Shown here: in pieces, positions 51,886 to 64,000 of the stretch
Numbering within the stretch: the stretch's first letter is position 1
Layout of the letters: each line of letters starts with the position of its first letter
Assembly (NCBI RefSeq): GCF_006345805.1
Contig: NC_043006.1
Span: forward strand, 19,654,001 to 19,718,000
DNA from: Octopus sinensis
Lineage: Eukaryota
Reading direction: 5' to 3'
DNA: 64,000 bases
Made by a program: the position numbers and the translations under genes
The notes under the pieces: model-generated
What the model saw: the letters and a program-made list of their open reading frames with translations, nothing else
The model's database searches: none
Told to the model about the DNA's origin: nothing

Positions 51886-52607
51886 CCATCATCACCATCA
51901 TGATTTATTATTGCTATTATCCTCATTGTTATCAATTGTCATCGTGCGGAGGCACATGGCCTAGTGGTTAGAGCAGCGGACTAGAGGTCGAGGGATCGCG
52001 GGGTTCGAATCTCAGACCGGGCGATGTGTGTGTTTATGAGCGAAACACCTAAGCTTCACGTGTCTCCGGCAGAAGGTAATGGCGAGCTTCAGCTGACTCT
52101 TTCGCCACAACTTTCTCTCACTCTTTCCTCTTGTAGCTTACCTGCGACGGACCGGTGTCCTGTCCAGGTGGGGAACCTATACACCAAGGAAACCGGGAAA
52201 CCAGCCCTTATGAGCCAGGCGTGGCTCGATAAGGAACAAACAACAAATTGTCATCGTCATCATTATCAACATCATAATAATTTATTATTGTCATCATCAA
52301 CTTCATCATCATTTTTGCTGTCGTCATTATCGTTGTTGCTGTCATTGTCGTCATCATCATTATCATCATCCTCACACACATGCATGCAAATATATTAACA
52401 ATCCCAAGTATCAAAAATGGAAAGCAAAGAAGACAATTATTTTCAAAGAACGTGTCCGATTTGGAAAACATCTCTTCCTCTTTCTTTCTCTCTTTTCCCC
52501 TCTCTTTCTAGCCATCTATCAATCTATCTGTCTATCTCTATGTCATCTCTCTCTCTCTCTCTCAGCCACTACACACATTTTTTTCTCTCCTTGTTTTTTC
52601 TGTGTCC

Positions 52608-52643
52608 CTTTCTGTAGAAGAGCGTAGGCTCGAAACGTAAAAG
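52608..52643 (+). ncRNA. minimal hammerhead-like motif (Penelope-type), core variant
   Basis: CUUU-CUGUAGA-A-GAGC(GUAG)GCUC-GAAA-CGU-A-AAAG: perfect stems I and II, palindromic ACGU stem III, but A6->U in the core. Confidence 0.45.
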
Positions 52644-52780
52644 ACTTTTTCTATACTTGAGCATTATACTAATACATCTGTTTGTTTTGTACACCACCTG
52701 TCTTCGTCTTTTGTTGTTGTTTTTCGTAAACTCTCCCTATATATTCTAATTTACCATGATATTTACTTCCCTGTCTCTAG

Positions 52781-52921
52781 AATGTTCAAATTATATTGAG
52801 AATTGTCAAACCATGAGTTGCAACAGCAATCAAAGACCTTTCTGTTCTACATGTAAACAGTACAATGTGAGAGGAGCAGAATTTTCTATGGCCTGGCCTG
52901 AAGGACCACTCAAATGCAATC
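52781..52921 (+). CDS. shared exon 2, 6-Cys module
   Basis: CTGTCTCTAG| acceptor, C|GTGAGT donor, 141 nt, phase 1-1. (Q)CSNYIENCQTMSCNSNQRPFCSTCKQY..PLKCN is in frame with exons A, B and D. Confidence 0.85.
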
Positions 52922-53348
52922 GTGAGTACATAATTTTTTGTTGTTATTTTTATTATAAGCTAGTGAGCTGGTAGAATAATAAATACGTTGGACAAAATAT
53001 TCAGTGGTATTTCTTCCATTTGTTTACATTCTGTGCACAACTCACAGAGGTTGATTTTACCTTTCATTCTCTTGAGGTCAATAAAATCAAATACCAGTCA
53101 TGTACTAGGGTTAGTATGATCAACTAATTCTCTCCAACTAAGACATCTTGACTTGGGCCAAAATTTGAAACTATTATTTAGGCAATGGCCTGGACGGGCT
53201 ATTAGTATCTGAGACAAAATGCTTAGCAGTTTTTCTTCCATCTTCTTTATATTCTAAGCTCAAAATTCCATCGAGGTCAACTTTGCCTTTTTATCTCTTC
53301 AGGGGTGATAGAATAAAGTCCAAGTCAAGTACTGGAATCATGGAACAT

Positions 53349-53731
53349 GGAAGCACTCTGTCGGTTACGACGACGAGGGTTCCGGTTGATCCGAATCAAC
53401 GGAACAGCCTGCTCGTGAAATTAACGTGTAAGTGGCTGAGCACTCCACAGACACGTGTACCCTTAATGTAGTTCTCGGGGATATTCAGCGTGACACAGAG
53501 AGTGACAAGGCTGGCCCTTTGAAATACAGGTACAACAGAAACAGGAAGTAAGAGTGAGAGAAAGTTGTGGTGAAAGAGTACAGCAGGGATCACCACCATC
53601 CCCTGCCGGAGCCTCATGGAGCTTTTAGGTGTTTTCGCTCAATAAACACTCACAACGCCCGGTCTGGGAATCGAAACCGCGATCCTATGACCGCGAGTCC
53701 GCTGCCCTAACCACTGGGCCATTGCACCTCC
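53349..53731 (-). mobile_element. tRNA-derived SINE (family T), reverse copy of the 528-900 type
   Basis: Near-identical reverse complement of 528-900. Confidence 0.9.
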
Positions 53732-54866
53732 ACCACTGGAATCATTATCATCAGGTTGCCTCCACCTCTTAAATTGCTGACCATTAGCCAAAACTAGAAA
53801 GTATTATTATAATGATGGTGAGCAGGCAGAATAGTTTGTGTATCAGACAACATGCTCAGTGACATTTCTTTCAGCTCTTTATATTCTGTGTAAAAATTGC
53901 CTCTATGCAGTTGCTTGACCCGCTAGAAGTAGCAGCCACATCTCCAACCAATCAGAGCCTACTATTGTAAAAAAAAAAAAAAAAGAAAGATGTTGGCTAG
54001 TATCATCCTGGAATCCTTGTACATGGATAAATATTGGATGGTCACATCTGGAATGCCTTTAAATCATAAGTCTGCTCAGTCAGAATTAACCAGAAGTAAC
54101 TGCTTCGCTACTATCTACCTATATGGAACATGTGGCCAAAATCACAATGCATGGTGGGTCATCCATGTTTTGCTTGGGCTTCACTTCAGTGACTTCAAAA
54201 CCAAAAACGATCCATTTGGCTCCCCACTTGAAAAGAACAGAGTGGATAATGTCAATGACCATTTGCCACAATGACTACCACCAAGCAGATGTCACTGTAC
54301 AATGCAGTAATCTAGTTCCTGAAAATTGGACTACAACTGGCTACATACAGCACAACCACCAGGGTACTAACGGTTTCAACCCTATTAGATATTTTTGAGT
54401 GATCTCTGTTCAGCACCCAATCAAATCTGAATTTTTAAAAAAAAACCCTCTCTGTGAGGTATAACTTGATGTGGAGATTGTCAAAGATACATTTGTCTGG
54501 GATCACACAGGTTTTAGCAAACCCAACAACACAGCTAAGTACTAAGTATAAGTACTAACCTTTCACCCTTTAGCATTTAAACAGGCCACATCCAGCCAAA
54601 ATATTCTACCTGTTTTATGTTCAGACTATCATGATCTACCCTACAATGTCAGTCTAAAAATATACAATCACATCATTGAAATCTCAAAGCTACAAAATAA
54701 AGCTGGATAAATTCAAAACAATTACATCTAACTGAGTAATCTGAATGCAAATAAAATTATGGGTCTGAAATAATGAAAATACTATTCCTATTATAATTGT
54801 CTTGTTTTGTTTGTTGATTTTGCTCTGAAATCCTATTAAATTTATTATTTTAAATCTACTTTACAG

Positions 54867-54992
54867 CTACATGTTCCTGGTTCAACCACAACTGCTGGCC
54901 TGGCACATGTGGCAAAAGTCACCTTGCCAGAAATTGTCAGTGCAATCAAGGTTTTGTCGTGGATAAGACTAACCAAAACACAAAATGTGAAC
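54867..54992 (+). CDS. shared exon 3, EGF-like module
   Basis: CTTTACAG| acceptor, C|GTAAGT donor, 126 nt, phase 1-1. (P)TCSWFNHNCWPGTCGKSHLARNCQCNQGF..KCE has C-x6-C-x4-C-x8-C-x-C-x14-C spacing. Confidence 0.85.
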
Positions 54993-56618
54993 GTAAGTAC
55001 TCTATAATATTTCTATATATTTCTATACACCTATCATACATTTATTGTAGAACTCTATAAATACTCTATAATGTATTTCTATATACTTCTACACAACTAT
55101 CATACATATTAGGGGTACCAAACAGTAATATCATATTTTCAAACAAATAATCTGATATCATACCACAAATAGTTCATAAGCCAATAAACAACCTTTGCAA
55201 TCACCCAGTCAGCATAGAATTAATGACCAAACATAAATGTGGAACACATCATTATCATCATCATCATCATCATCATTTAACGTCCGCTTTCCATGCTAGC
55301 ATGGGTTGGACGATTTGACTGAGGTCTGGCAAACCAGACTCTAATCTGATCTGGCAGAGTTTCTACAGCTGGATGCCCTTCCTAACGCCAACCACTCCGA
55401 GAGTGTAGTGGGTGCTTTTATGTGCCACCAGCACGAGGGCCAGTTTGGTGGTACTGGCAACGGCCATGCCCAAATGGTGCTTTTTACATGCCACCTGCAC
55501 AGGAGCCAGTCCAGCGGCACTGGCGACGACCTCACTCGAATGTTTCACATGCCACCAGCACAAGTGCTAGTAAGGCGATGCGGTAACGATCACGCTCGAA
55601 TGGTGTGCTTAAACATGCCAGCTTGTTGTTTTGGCAATGATCTCACTCGTATGGTACTCTTAGCGCTCCACTAGCAATGGATGCCAGTCACTGAGTTTGA
55701 TTTTGACTTCGATTTCGCTTGCCTCAACTGGTCTTCGCAAGCAGAGTTTAGTGTCCAGAGAAGAAGTGTGGGCATGGCTGTGTGGTTAGGGAGCTTGCTT
55801 CCTAGCCATATGGTTTCGGGTTCAGTCCCACTGCGTGGCACTTTGGGTAGGTGTCTTCTGCTATAGCCCCGAGCTGACCGGAGCTTTGTGATTGAATTCG
55901 GTAGGTGGAAGTTACTGCCGTGTGTGTATGTGTGCGTATAGCTGCTCAGTGCCTCTCCAAAAGAGAGAGAGGGATATATATATAATATATATATATATAT
56001 TATATATATATATATAATATATATATAATATATATATATATGTTCTATATGATAGCTCATAGAAGAAAATGACTTTAGTGAACTGCATAGTCAGCATTGA
56101 GAAGATTGCAAGAAGCAATAAAAAAGCTTTAACGAACAAAAACAAAACAATCGGATGTTTAATGAGTGGAATTGAACCAGTGTGTGTATTAATTATATTG
56201 ACATAATGACTCTCCCTAGACACAAGAATATACATATATATATATATAGTACAAAGTAAGATAGGGGTTATGGGTGTAACCCACTATGAGATATCATTTA
56301 TCCAATATACTGTTGGTAAAGTACCCAAATTCTTAATACATAAATGTTTTTCATTGCAATGCAATTAAGTAATTTATTGTATTAAACAGGTGAAGATAAA
56401 GAAATAGTTTTACCGTAAATTTATAATACAAATAAGAAAAAGGAGAAACAAATTTGGTTTGTTCATCAGCTTAACGGATATTATGATGTTGGATTATTTA
56501 TTCATTTTAGATTTGTTTAATGAATCTAAAATGAATAAATATTCCAACATTATAATATCCGGAAGTTGATGAACAAACCAAATTTGTTTCTCCATTTCCT
56601 TACTTGTATTATATATAC

Positions 56619-56661
<43 letters not shown>

Positions 56662-57235
56662 CATGTATGTATGAGGGAAAACAAAAATCACCTGCACTTT
56701 CGCCATAACATATTGTTATTATTATCACACTGCCTTCTGTGTATGCATGCCTACAGTTGGTATTATTGTGGTCATGTGATCAAAGGCGTAGGATTGGCTG
56801 TGGTAAGTAGCTTGCTTACCAACCACATGGTTCCGGGTTCAGTCCCACTGCGTAGCACCTTGGGCAAGTGTCTTCTACTATAGCCTCTCGCCGACCAAAG
56901 CCTTGTGAGTGGATTTGGTAGACGGAAACTGAAAGTAGCCTGTCGTGTATATGTATATTTATATATATATATGTGCATGTGTGTGTGTGTGTGTGTATGT
57001 TTGTGTGTGTATGTGTGTTTATGTGTGTGTATGTTTGTGTGTCCCCCCAACATCGCTTGACAACCGATGCTGGTGTGTTTACGTCCCCGTAACTTAGCGG
57101 TTCAGCAAAAAAGGACCGATAGAATAAGTACTAGGCTTACAAAGAATAAGTCCTGGGGTCGATTCGCTCGACTAAAGGTGGTGCTCCAGCATGGCCACAG
57201 TCAAATGACTGAAACAAATAAAAGAGTAAACGAGT

Positions 57236-58266
57236 AAAGTTTGAGCCTGACCATGCCATTTTTCTTTCTGGCTTTACAGTCTAAGCATGGCCACTCCACT
57301 AGAAACGTACACCAAAGAAGAACAAAGAGCAGTGATCCGATTTCTCTGGTCTGAAGGTGTGTCAGGTGCTGAAATACATCGGAAGCTTTTTGCATAATAT
57401 TGAGACAGTGCACTACCATGTAGAAGTGTGTATGAGTGGATTGAGAAGTTTAAAAGTAGCCAGATAAGCATGATGCACAAGGAGGGAGCAGGATGCCTGT
57501 CGACCTCCACCACTGACAAGAAGATTCAGCAAGCTTATGAAATGGTAATGGTAATGGCGAACTGGTGAGCTTTCATCAATGAGGTAGCTCGTTCTCTGCT
57601 GATTAGTCGTGGTTCTGCCTATCAAATCAGCTAACCCTAACCCTAACCCTGCCATAAAGCCTGTGCAAGAAAGGTGCCAAGAAAGCTTACTGCAGAGCAC
57701 AAGCACAAACATCTTGAGTTTGCCAACATTTACTCAACTGATACAACAATGAGGGCAAGAAATTTTTGAGCAGAATAGTTACAGGAGATGAAACGTGGGT
57801 CCATCATTATGAGGCTGAATCCAAAAGACAGAGTATGGAGTGGAAACATCCTGGCTTTCCATTGAAGAAGAAATTCAAGACACAGTCTTCTGCGAGAAAG
57901 GAGATACTAACCCTTTTGCGGGGCTTAAAAGGGCCTGTACTGGAAGACTACCTGGAAAAGGGTGTATGATCAACAGTGTAAAATACAGTGTTTTGCTGGC
58001 CAACAAACTGAAGCCAGCAATTCACACCAAATGCTGACGCCTATTGTTAAAGAAAGTTTTGTTGTTTTATGACAATGCTTGCCCAGACATGGTCGCCCAA
58101 ACCATTGAAACCATTAACCAATTGTGCTAAAAGCCGTCGATGACACACTTGACCAGAGAAATCAGATCACTACTCTTTGTTCTTCTTTGGTGCACATTGT
58201 TAGTGGAGTGGCCATGCTTAGACTGTAAAGCCAGAGAGAAAACTGGTGCAATCAGGCTCAAACTTT
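57236..58266 (+). mobile_element. rearranged mariner: transposase 5' two-thirds capped by an inverted copy of its own 5' end
   Basis: MATPLETYTKEEQRAVIRFLWSEG..IVTGDETWVHHYEAESKRQSMEWKH..FYDNA. 58141-58266 is the reverse complement of 57236-57365. Confidence 0.85.
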
Positions 58267-58389
58267 GATCTTGTGAGCACAATAATACCAACTATAAGCA
58301 CACACGCACAGAAGGCAGTGGGACAATAATAACGATATGTTATGGCAAAAGTGCAGATGATTTTTTACTTACCCTCATATATTTATACG

Positions 58390-58423
<34 letters not shown>

Positions 58424-58739
58424 TGTATGTATGTATGTATGTATAAACTGTAAATACAAACGCTTGTATATATCTTAACAGTTTTACTCAGCACCAAGTA
58501 GCTTAAAGTTTCATGGACAGGACCATCTCATCTTATATCAGAAGAGTAAAGGATTTGAGACAAATTCGAAATGGCTCTTTTAGTAGCTAAGGTCACATAG
58601 TGTTAATGCTGTGGAAGTGATACCAGTTCATTTCTTTGTCTGCTCCACTATTAGAAGGGTTATGAGGTTGATCCAATGGGGTTGCATCACTGCAGTAATT
58701 GACTGGTTCTGTGACATCGAAAATAAAGCAACCTGTAAG

Positions 58740-59480
58740 ATCACCCACTTCAACATTATGGATTTCTAACCTTCAGTATTAAAATCGTTCCTCCCGAAGG
58801 CCTTAGACATTGGGAGACAATTCACTAAAATCAGTGAACACAATATCAGTATCGCCATGAATGCTAGAAAGTCGATCTTGGCTCACTAAGATTCAAACTG
58901 GATAAAGCAGGAAGGTGACCCACTGCTTGATATATCTATAGGGAAGTACAGCAGGGCTGAAATCACCGCCCTTGTCAAGTAACTTATCCTGGATACTTTG
59001 GAGAAGCGCTCACACTCCCATAGCTTGGCCCTGTATAGGAATGATGGTCAGGCAACCTCAAGCCCTATAAAAGGTCACATCAGAGACAATTTTAGGTAGG
59101 ATTTAATACAAATCTTCAAAGAATTTGGCTAACCTATTACAGTTACTATTAATTTGACAAAAGTTGACTGACAGGATATAACAGGTGAGGACCACCCTTA
59201 CAGAATGTTCAATGAGGAAACTGTTTACATCTACAGAAACTCTAACCATCTCTCAGCTGTAATCAACAACCTTGTCACAGGGATAAGTAGAAGAATCTCT
59301 AAACTCTCAGCAGACAGAGAGATCTTCCCACAACAACAAGGTATTAACAAAGAGTGAATTCACTGAGACATTAGTATATACAGGACACCCTACCCCAACC
59401 ACCAAACCTCAAAAGCCAGAAAAAGAAAGATAATTTGGTGCAATCCTTCATTTAACTGAGAAGTTTCAACTAATATGGCT
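58740..59480 (+). mobile_element. decayed Penelope-like element RT fragment
   Basis: ARKSIL..WIK..G..L.DISIGKYSRAEI (MGSYDGAE-like), LYRNDG, SNH..I..RIS and RKIIWCNPSF motifs, with stops. Confidence 0.65.
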
Positions 59481-59674
59481 ATGTGACTGATATTTTATTT
59501 TATCAATGTTGGAGGAATGAAAAGCAAAGTTGATCTTGACAGAATTTGAACTTAGAATTAAAAGGACAAGAATAAACACCACAAGGTATTTTCTCCAACA
59601 CTAACAATTCTGCCCATCCATTGCACTGGTTTGAAAAATATATATAATAAATAATTTTTCTTTTCTTATTGCAG

Positions 59675-59929
59675 TTGAAAAGGGACCGAATTTAATGGCT
59701 TGTGATTTTGGTATCAAGAGTCAGTATGGCGACATCTCTAACTTCAGGAGTTCAAGTGGTTGTCACAGTGAACAGGACATCTTTGTTAAATTCATCCCAA
59801 ATGCCATTTCTTTGCAAATCGAGTCACTTTTAACCTTGAACGTTACCATGCCACTAATGCCACACGTTGTAAAATTTACAATGGGTGTTGTTTCTGGAAG
59901 ACTTTCTGTAAAGAAAATATCACCTTCAG
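59675..59929 (+). CDS. shared exon 4
   Basis: TTTCTTATTGCAG| acceptor, 255 nt open in phase 1-1: (L)EKGPNLMACDFGIKS..GCHSEQD..NVTMPLMPHVVKFTMGVVSG..SPS. The donor G|GTCAAT is weak, but its phase fits exon 5. Confidence 0.75.
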
Positions 59930-60639
59930 GTCAATGCTTACACTTTTTATACTTTATATATATATTCTATGTATACATTTTATATATGTGCTTTATATAG
60001 GCGCAGGAGCGGCTGTGTGGTAAGTAGTTTGTTTACCAACCACATGGTTCTGTGTTCAGTCCCACTGCGTGGCACCTTGGGCAAGTGTCTTCTACTATAG
60101 CCTCGGGCCGACCAAAGCCTTGTGAGTGAATTTAGTAGACGGAAACTGAAAGAAGCCCGTCGTATATATGTATATATATGTGTGCGTGTATGTTTGTGTT
60201 TGTCCCCCTAGCATTGCTTGACAACTGATGCTGGTGTGTTTATGTCCCCGTCACTTAGCGGTTCGGCAAAAGGGACCGATAGAATAAGTACTGGGCTTAC
60301 AAAGAATAAGTCCCGGGGTCGAGTTGCTTGGTTAAAAGCGGTGCTCCAGCATGGCCGCAGTCAAATGACTGAAACAAGTAAAAAAGTAAAAGAGAGTCAA
60401 GAGTATATAAATATACCCTTTTTATGAACACTTTATGTATGCCATATGTGTGTGTGTGTGTGTGTTTGTGATGCTATCAAAGAAGGTAAACAGAGAGAAA
60501 ATAGAAAGCTTTACATCATGCCAGGAGATTTGAATAAGTTAACGGGACCTGCTAGACTGAAGATGGGCTTTTGTGCGTGAAATATAAAAGTTTTATAAAA
60601 TTCCTGGAGTCATACATATGTAGCAGGCTTGCTATCTGC

Positions 60640-61280
60640 TGTCTACAGTACCATGCTATCTGTTCTTTTCAACTATCTAATACTTTTCTGATTATCTCGG
60701 CTGTGCCAAGGAAGCAAACCTTTTGTGACAGTTCTACTGGGCACTCTATTCCGATTTCCTTTATATTCTCTTTGATGCCTTCTGATAACTGACCCCAAGG
60801 ACCCAACAATACTTGGCACTATCTTCACCTTTTTCATTTTCTATAGCTGGCCTATTTCATACTTAAGGGAGTTGTTTTTTTCAATTTTTATGCCTTCCTT
60901 CTTGACTATTCATAGGTCAAAGGGGCATGCAACATCAGCTGTATAACATATGTGGTGTATCTTGGACCACAATGTCCAATGTTATGCTCTAGCACCTTAT
61001 TATTGTTGTTGTTGTTAATAATAATGATAACAATAATAATAATAATAATAATAATAGACCTACCAAAAACTGAGCAAATATAAAGATCTTGAAATAGAAA
61101 TCAGCAAAATGTGGAACCTGAAAACTAAAACAATACCTGTTGTCATAGGTGCCCTGGAATGATAGCAAAAGGGGCTGATTGCTACCTAACTCAGATACCA
61201 GGAAGCCCAAAACTGGCAGAAATTCAAAAGATAGTGCTCATGGGAACTGCTCATATCCTACGCAAAATACTTTCTATGTA
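60640..61280. mobile_element. two R4/Dong-like RLE LINE C-terminal fragments (60640-60900 minus, 61045-61280 plus)
   Basis: LSQKVCFLGTAEIIRKVL (-). KLSKYKDLEIEISKMWNLKTKTIPVVIGAL..IQKIVLMGTAHILRKILSM* (+). Confidence 0.75.
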
Positions 61281-61502
61281 ATCTCAGGGTTTAAAACAAA
61301 CATAATTTTCGTTTTTTTTTTTTTGGACATTCACTAGTACAACACCAAAAGAAAAAAAAAAGGCTCACTAGGCATAACAACAACATGAACTTCCAACCTG
61401 TTGTCTCTTGAGGTCTCTGGGTGAGACTTGGAGCCAACTTGTACAAATATAAAGCAAAAGTCAAACATAGAATAATAATAATAAATTTATCTTTATCATT
61501 AG

Positions 61503-61647
61503 GTAACATATCTTTTCTTAAAATCATGAAGCTGCCTGAAGAGGGTACCTGCAACAGAAACTTCAGTCAAGGATTCCCTTCCAAGTCAAAAGTTCATTGT
61601 TCTAGAGCATTCCAGTTAGGGAACTTTACAATGGAACATGGAGACAG
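61503..61647 (+). CDS. shared exon 5
   Basis: TCTTTATCATTAG| acceptor, AG|GTGAGA donor, 145 nt, phase 1-2: GNISFLKIMKLPEEGTCNRNFSQGFPSKSKVHCSRAFQLGNFTMEHGD(R). It supplies exactly the phase change needed to reach exon 6. Confidence 0.8.
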
Positions 61648-62069
61648 GTGAGACTCGTAATATTGTCATATTAGGGATGTACACATATGAAAGTAAAATA
61701 TGATATGTTGTTGTTGTTATTGTTTAACACCAGGTCAGCCTGGACAGATCTATGATCAAAAATATTCCAACCATTATCATCCAATATGTTCTTACTTTTG
61801 GCACATCAGAAGAATCTGCAATTAACAATCTGTCATTTCTCCTGTTAGATATTTGAGCTGGCTGAAACGTTAGCACGCCGGGCGAAATGCGTAGCCGTAT
61901 TTCATTTGCCGTTACGTTCTGAGTTCAAATTCCGCCGAGGTCGACTTTGCCTTTCATCCTTTCGGGGCCGATTAAATTAGTACTGGGGTTGATGTAATCG
62001 ACTTAATACGTTTGTCTGTCCTCGTTTGTCCTCTCTGTGTTTAGCCCCTTGTGGGTGGTAAAGAAATAG

Positions 62070-62400
62070 ATATTTGATCTTGGTCAAAGTTTTTCTCATC
62101 AGAGAAGAACCAAAGTATGCCATGTCGAAAGAGTTTTTAATCTTATGAAATAGCCACTTGGTATGTGCTAAAAGGTTTTCCCGTGTTTTTGTAGACATGA
62201 ATTGACCTCTCCTCATACGACATGTATCAAATGTCCTCATGTACCACAGTTCCGATAATCCATTCCAACACTTGAAGTTCTTTGGTGATGGCTCTCATTG
62301 GTTTTCTGGGATCATCATTGATAATGTTTGAAGTTGTTGGATGACTTGTGATGCCTTTACGGTGTCCAAATATTTAAAAAATGATTTTATATTTTTGATA
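62070..62400 (-). mobile_element. maT-type transposase fragment
   Basis: Minus strand IINDDPRKPMRAITKELQV..WFFSDEKNFDQDQ. Confidence 0.65.
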
Positions 62401-62912
62401 AACCAGAAATATTGCTGCCTGAGGCTTCCAACTCTATTCAAATTTTGTGTACAAAAGTGCTTTCAACATTTAGAAAAGTAGCAATTTCTAAATCTGTTCC
62501 AAGGGCACAGCTGGGGTAAATGGCACCCAGGGCAAGCAACAAAATTGATTTGAAGAGAGGATGATGATGATGATGATGAAGATGTTGATCGCAGTGAGGT
62601 TGAGCATGATGACAATGATGAGAGTGATGGTAACAATGATAACAGTGATGACATTGATGATGATGAGAAGGAGGAGGGGGGAGGAGGAGGAGAAGAGGAG
62701 AGGAGGAGGGGGAGAATAGGGGAGGGGGAGGAGGAGGAGAGGAGAGGAGGAGAGGAGGAGGGGGGAGGAGGAGGAGGAGGAGGAGGAGGAGGAGACGGAG
62801 GGGGAGTAGGCAAAGTGCTGGAGAAGGAAGTAGGGTTGGCTGGTATCATAATTCCTGTGTCTTGTATACGTTGCAATTTGTCATAAACCATTAACAATTT
62901 CTTCTCTTTCAG

Positions 62913-63586
62913 ATTGTGTACAGAGTTTACCTCCTATGGTGGAGGCTACTTGACTGTTAAGCCCATCAATTCAAGTCCATCACCCACACAGTATTACCGA
63001 CAAACTGCATCGACAGAAACGAAATGCTTCCAATACGATAGAAAACCTCCTCAACACTGTAGCGAGACATTAAAGTGTGGTTCGGAGCCTTTGAAAGTGA
63101 TTCCAACTCTTTCCCGATCACCAAATGTTACAATTATGTTCGATGGTTGGTTTGATGGTAATGTCTACAGAAATGGAACTGGAAACAACGGCGTTGAATC
63201 ATATGAAGTTGTAGTCCATCCTATGACAGTAGCAGGAGATAAACTGCAAGTAGATCAAACGAAAACACTTTATAAGTATGAGAGTTTTAATGAAACAACT
63301 TTAGAGTTAAGTCTGTCTGCAGCACCAGGAGTTTATGCGGTATATCTCACCATCAAAGATTTTGCTCACAATGCCCAGTATGCTCGCAAATTCTTTCTCT
63401 ATGACAACAGTTCCTTGATTGAAGCCAGAAATATTCCTCTACCGAAAGTTATTTCAAAAACTGGTCGAAGTGACATCCCTTGGTATTCAGATGAAGAAAA
63501 CGCCTGTATCACATGGTACAATCTTTTTATGAACACTTTTCTTGAAACGTATTTGAAACCAATAAAGGAAGATAATACTATACCAG
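62913..63586 (+). CDS. shared exon 6 (large ectodomain segment); gene continues beyond the window
   Basis: CTTCTCTTTCAG| acceptor phase 2, 674 nt open: LCTEFTSYGGGYL..YDRKPPQHC..C..PL..GWFD..GVESY..PGVYAVYLTIKDFAHNAQYARKFFLYDNSS..W. Several N-x-S/T sites. Donor CAG|GTACTT. Confidence 0.85.
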
Positions 63587-64000
63587 GTACTTAACTGTTC
63601 ACTCTTAACTTTCTATATGGCAAAATACCACAGACAACTGACAATATATATATTAGCTAGCCATTGAAAAACATACTAACTGTATTTACATTTATTTTCA
63701 ATGAAATGGGCTCTCATTTTCTTCTTCCATTAATCATTACTATGCTTTAACAAAATCATCACAGGATTGAGTTTTTAACATAAAAAATTTTCTACAATAC
63801 GTTAAGAATATAATAACAAGAAGCAATTAGCTAAGGGTACCATCATATGATTTTTTGATTTTTTTTTTTTGTATTTGCTACATCAGAAGAGAGAAGCAAT
63901 GCTCATGGCCTTCAAAGTGAGATTGATATCATTGATGTTTCTTTCGAACTTCTATCATTAATGTTTCTTTCGAACTTCTATAAGTCAACACCAGTAAGAA

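Noticed and set aside
59929-62913. Direct splicing of exon 4 to exon 6
   Set aside because: A phase-1 join hits TGA after 13 codons; the 61503-61647 exon restores the frame.
62914-63594. Stand-alone 226-aa gene
   Set aside because: The 'start' is TTG right after a polypyrimidine-AG acceptor, and the ORF ends just after a GT donor: an internal exon.

Overview
AT-rich, very repeat-dense animal genomic DNA. The SINE, microsatellite and mariner landscape points to an Octopus species (inferred, not database-checked). Most of the window is transposon debris: tRNA-headed, CORE-type and Nin/Deu-type SINEs, CR1/RTE/RLE/Tx1/Penelope-like LINE fragments, a decayed Gypsy element, mariner/maT copies, Helitrons and MITEs. 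One host gene is supportable. It lies on the + strand, encodes a secreted, Cys-rich, N-glycosylation-site-rich protein and runs off the right end. Five downstream exons (52781-52921, 54867-54992, 59675-59929, 61503-61647, 62913-63586) join in frame. Upstream of them is a tandem array of homologous first exons: three intact (34473-34770, 36310-36574, 43672-43972) and one relic (~36980-37142). Each intact copy encodes signal peptide + a 10-Cys TSP1-like domain and ends in the same phase-1 donor (AATC|GTGAGT), so any of them could splice to the shared exons. The two youngest copies differ at 22 amino-acid-changing codons versus 1 silent codon in the mature domain, while signal peptide, cysteines and intron are nearly unchanged. 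This suggests a variable-first-exon system under diversifying selection. Several Penelope-type hammerhead ribozyme motifs, a ~490-bp tandem array with a template-switch end and a rearranged mariner are also noted. Repeat boundaries are hand-read and approximate; exon boundaries were checked for phase.
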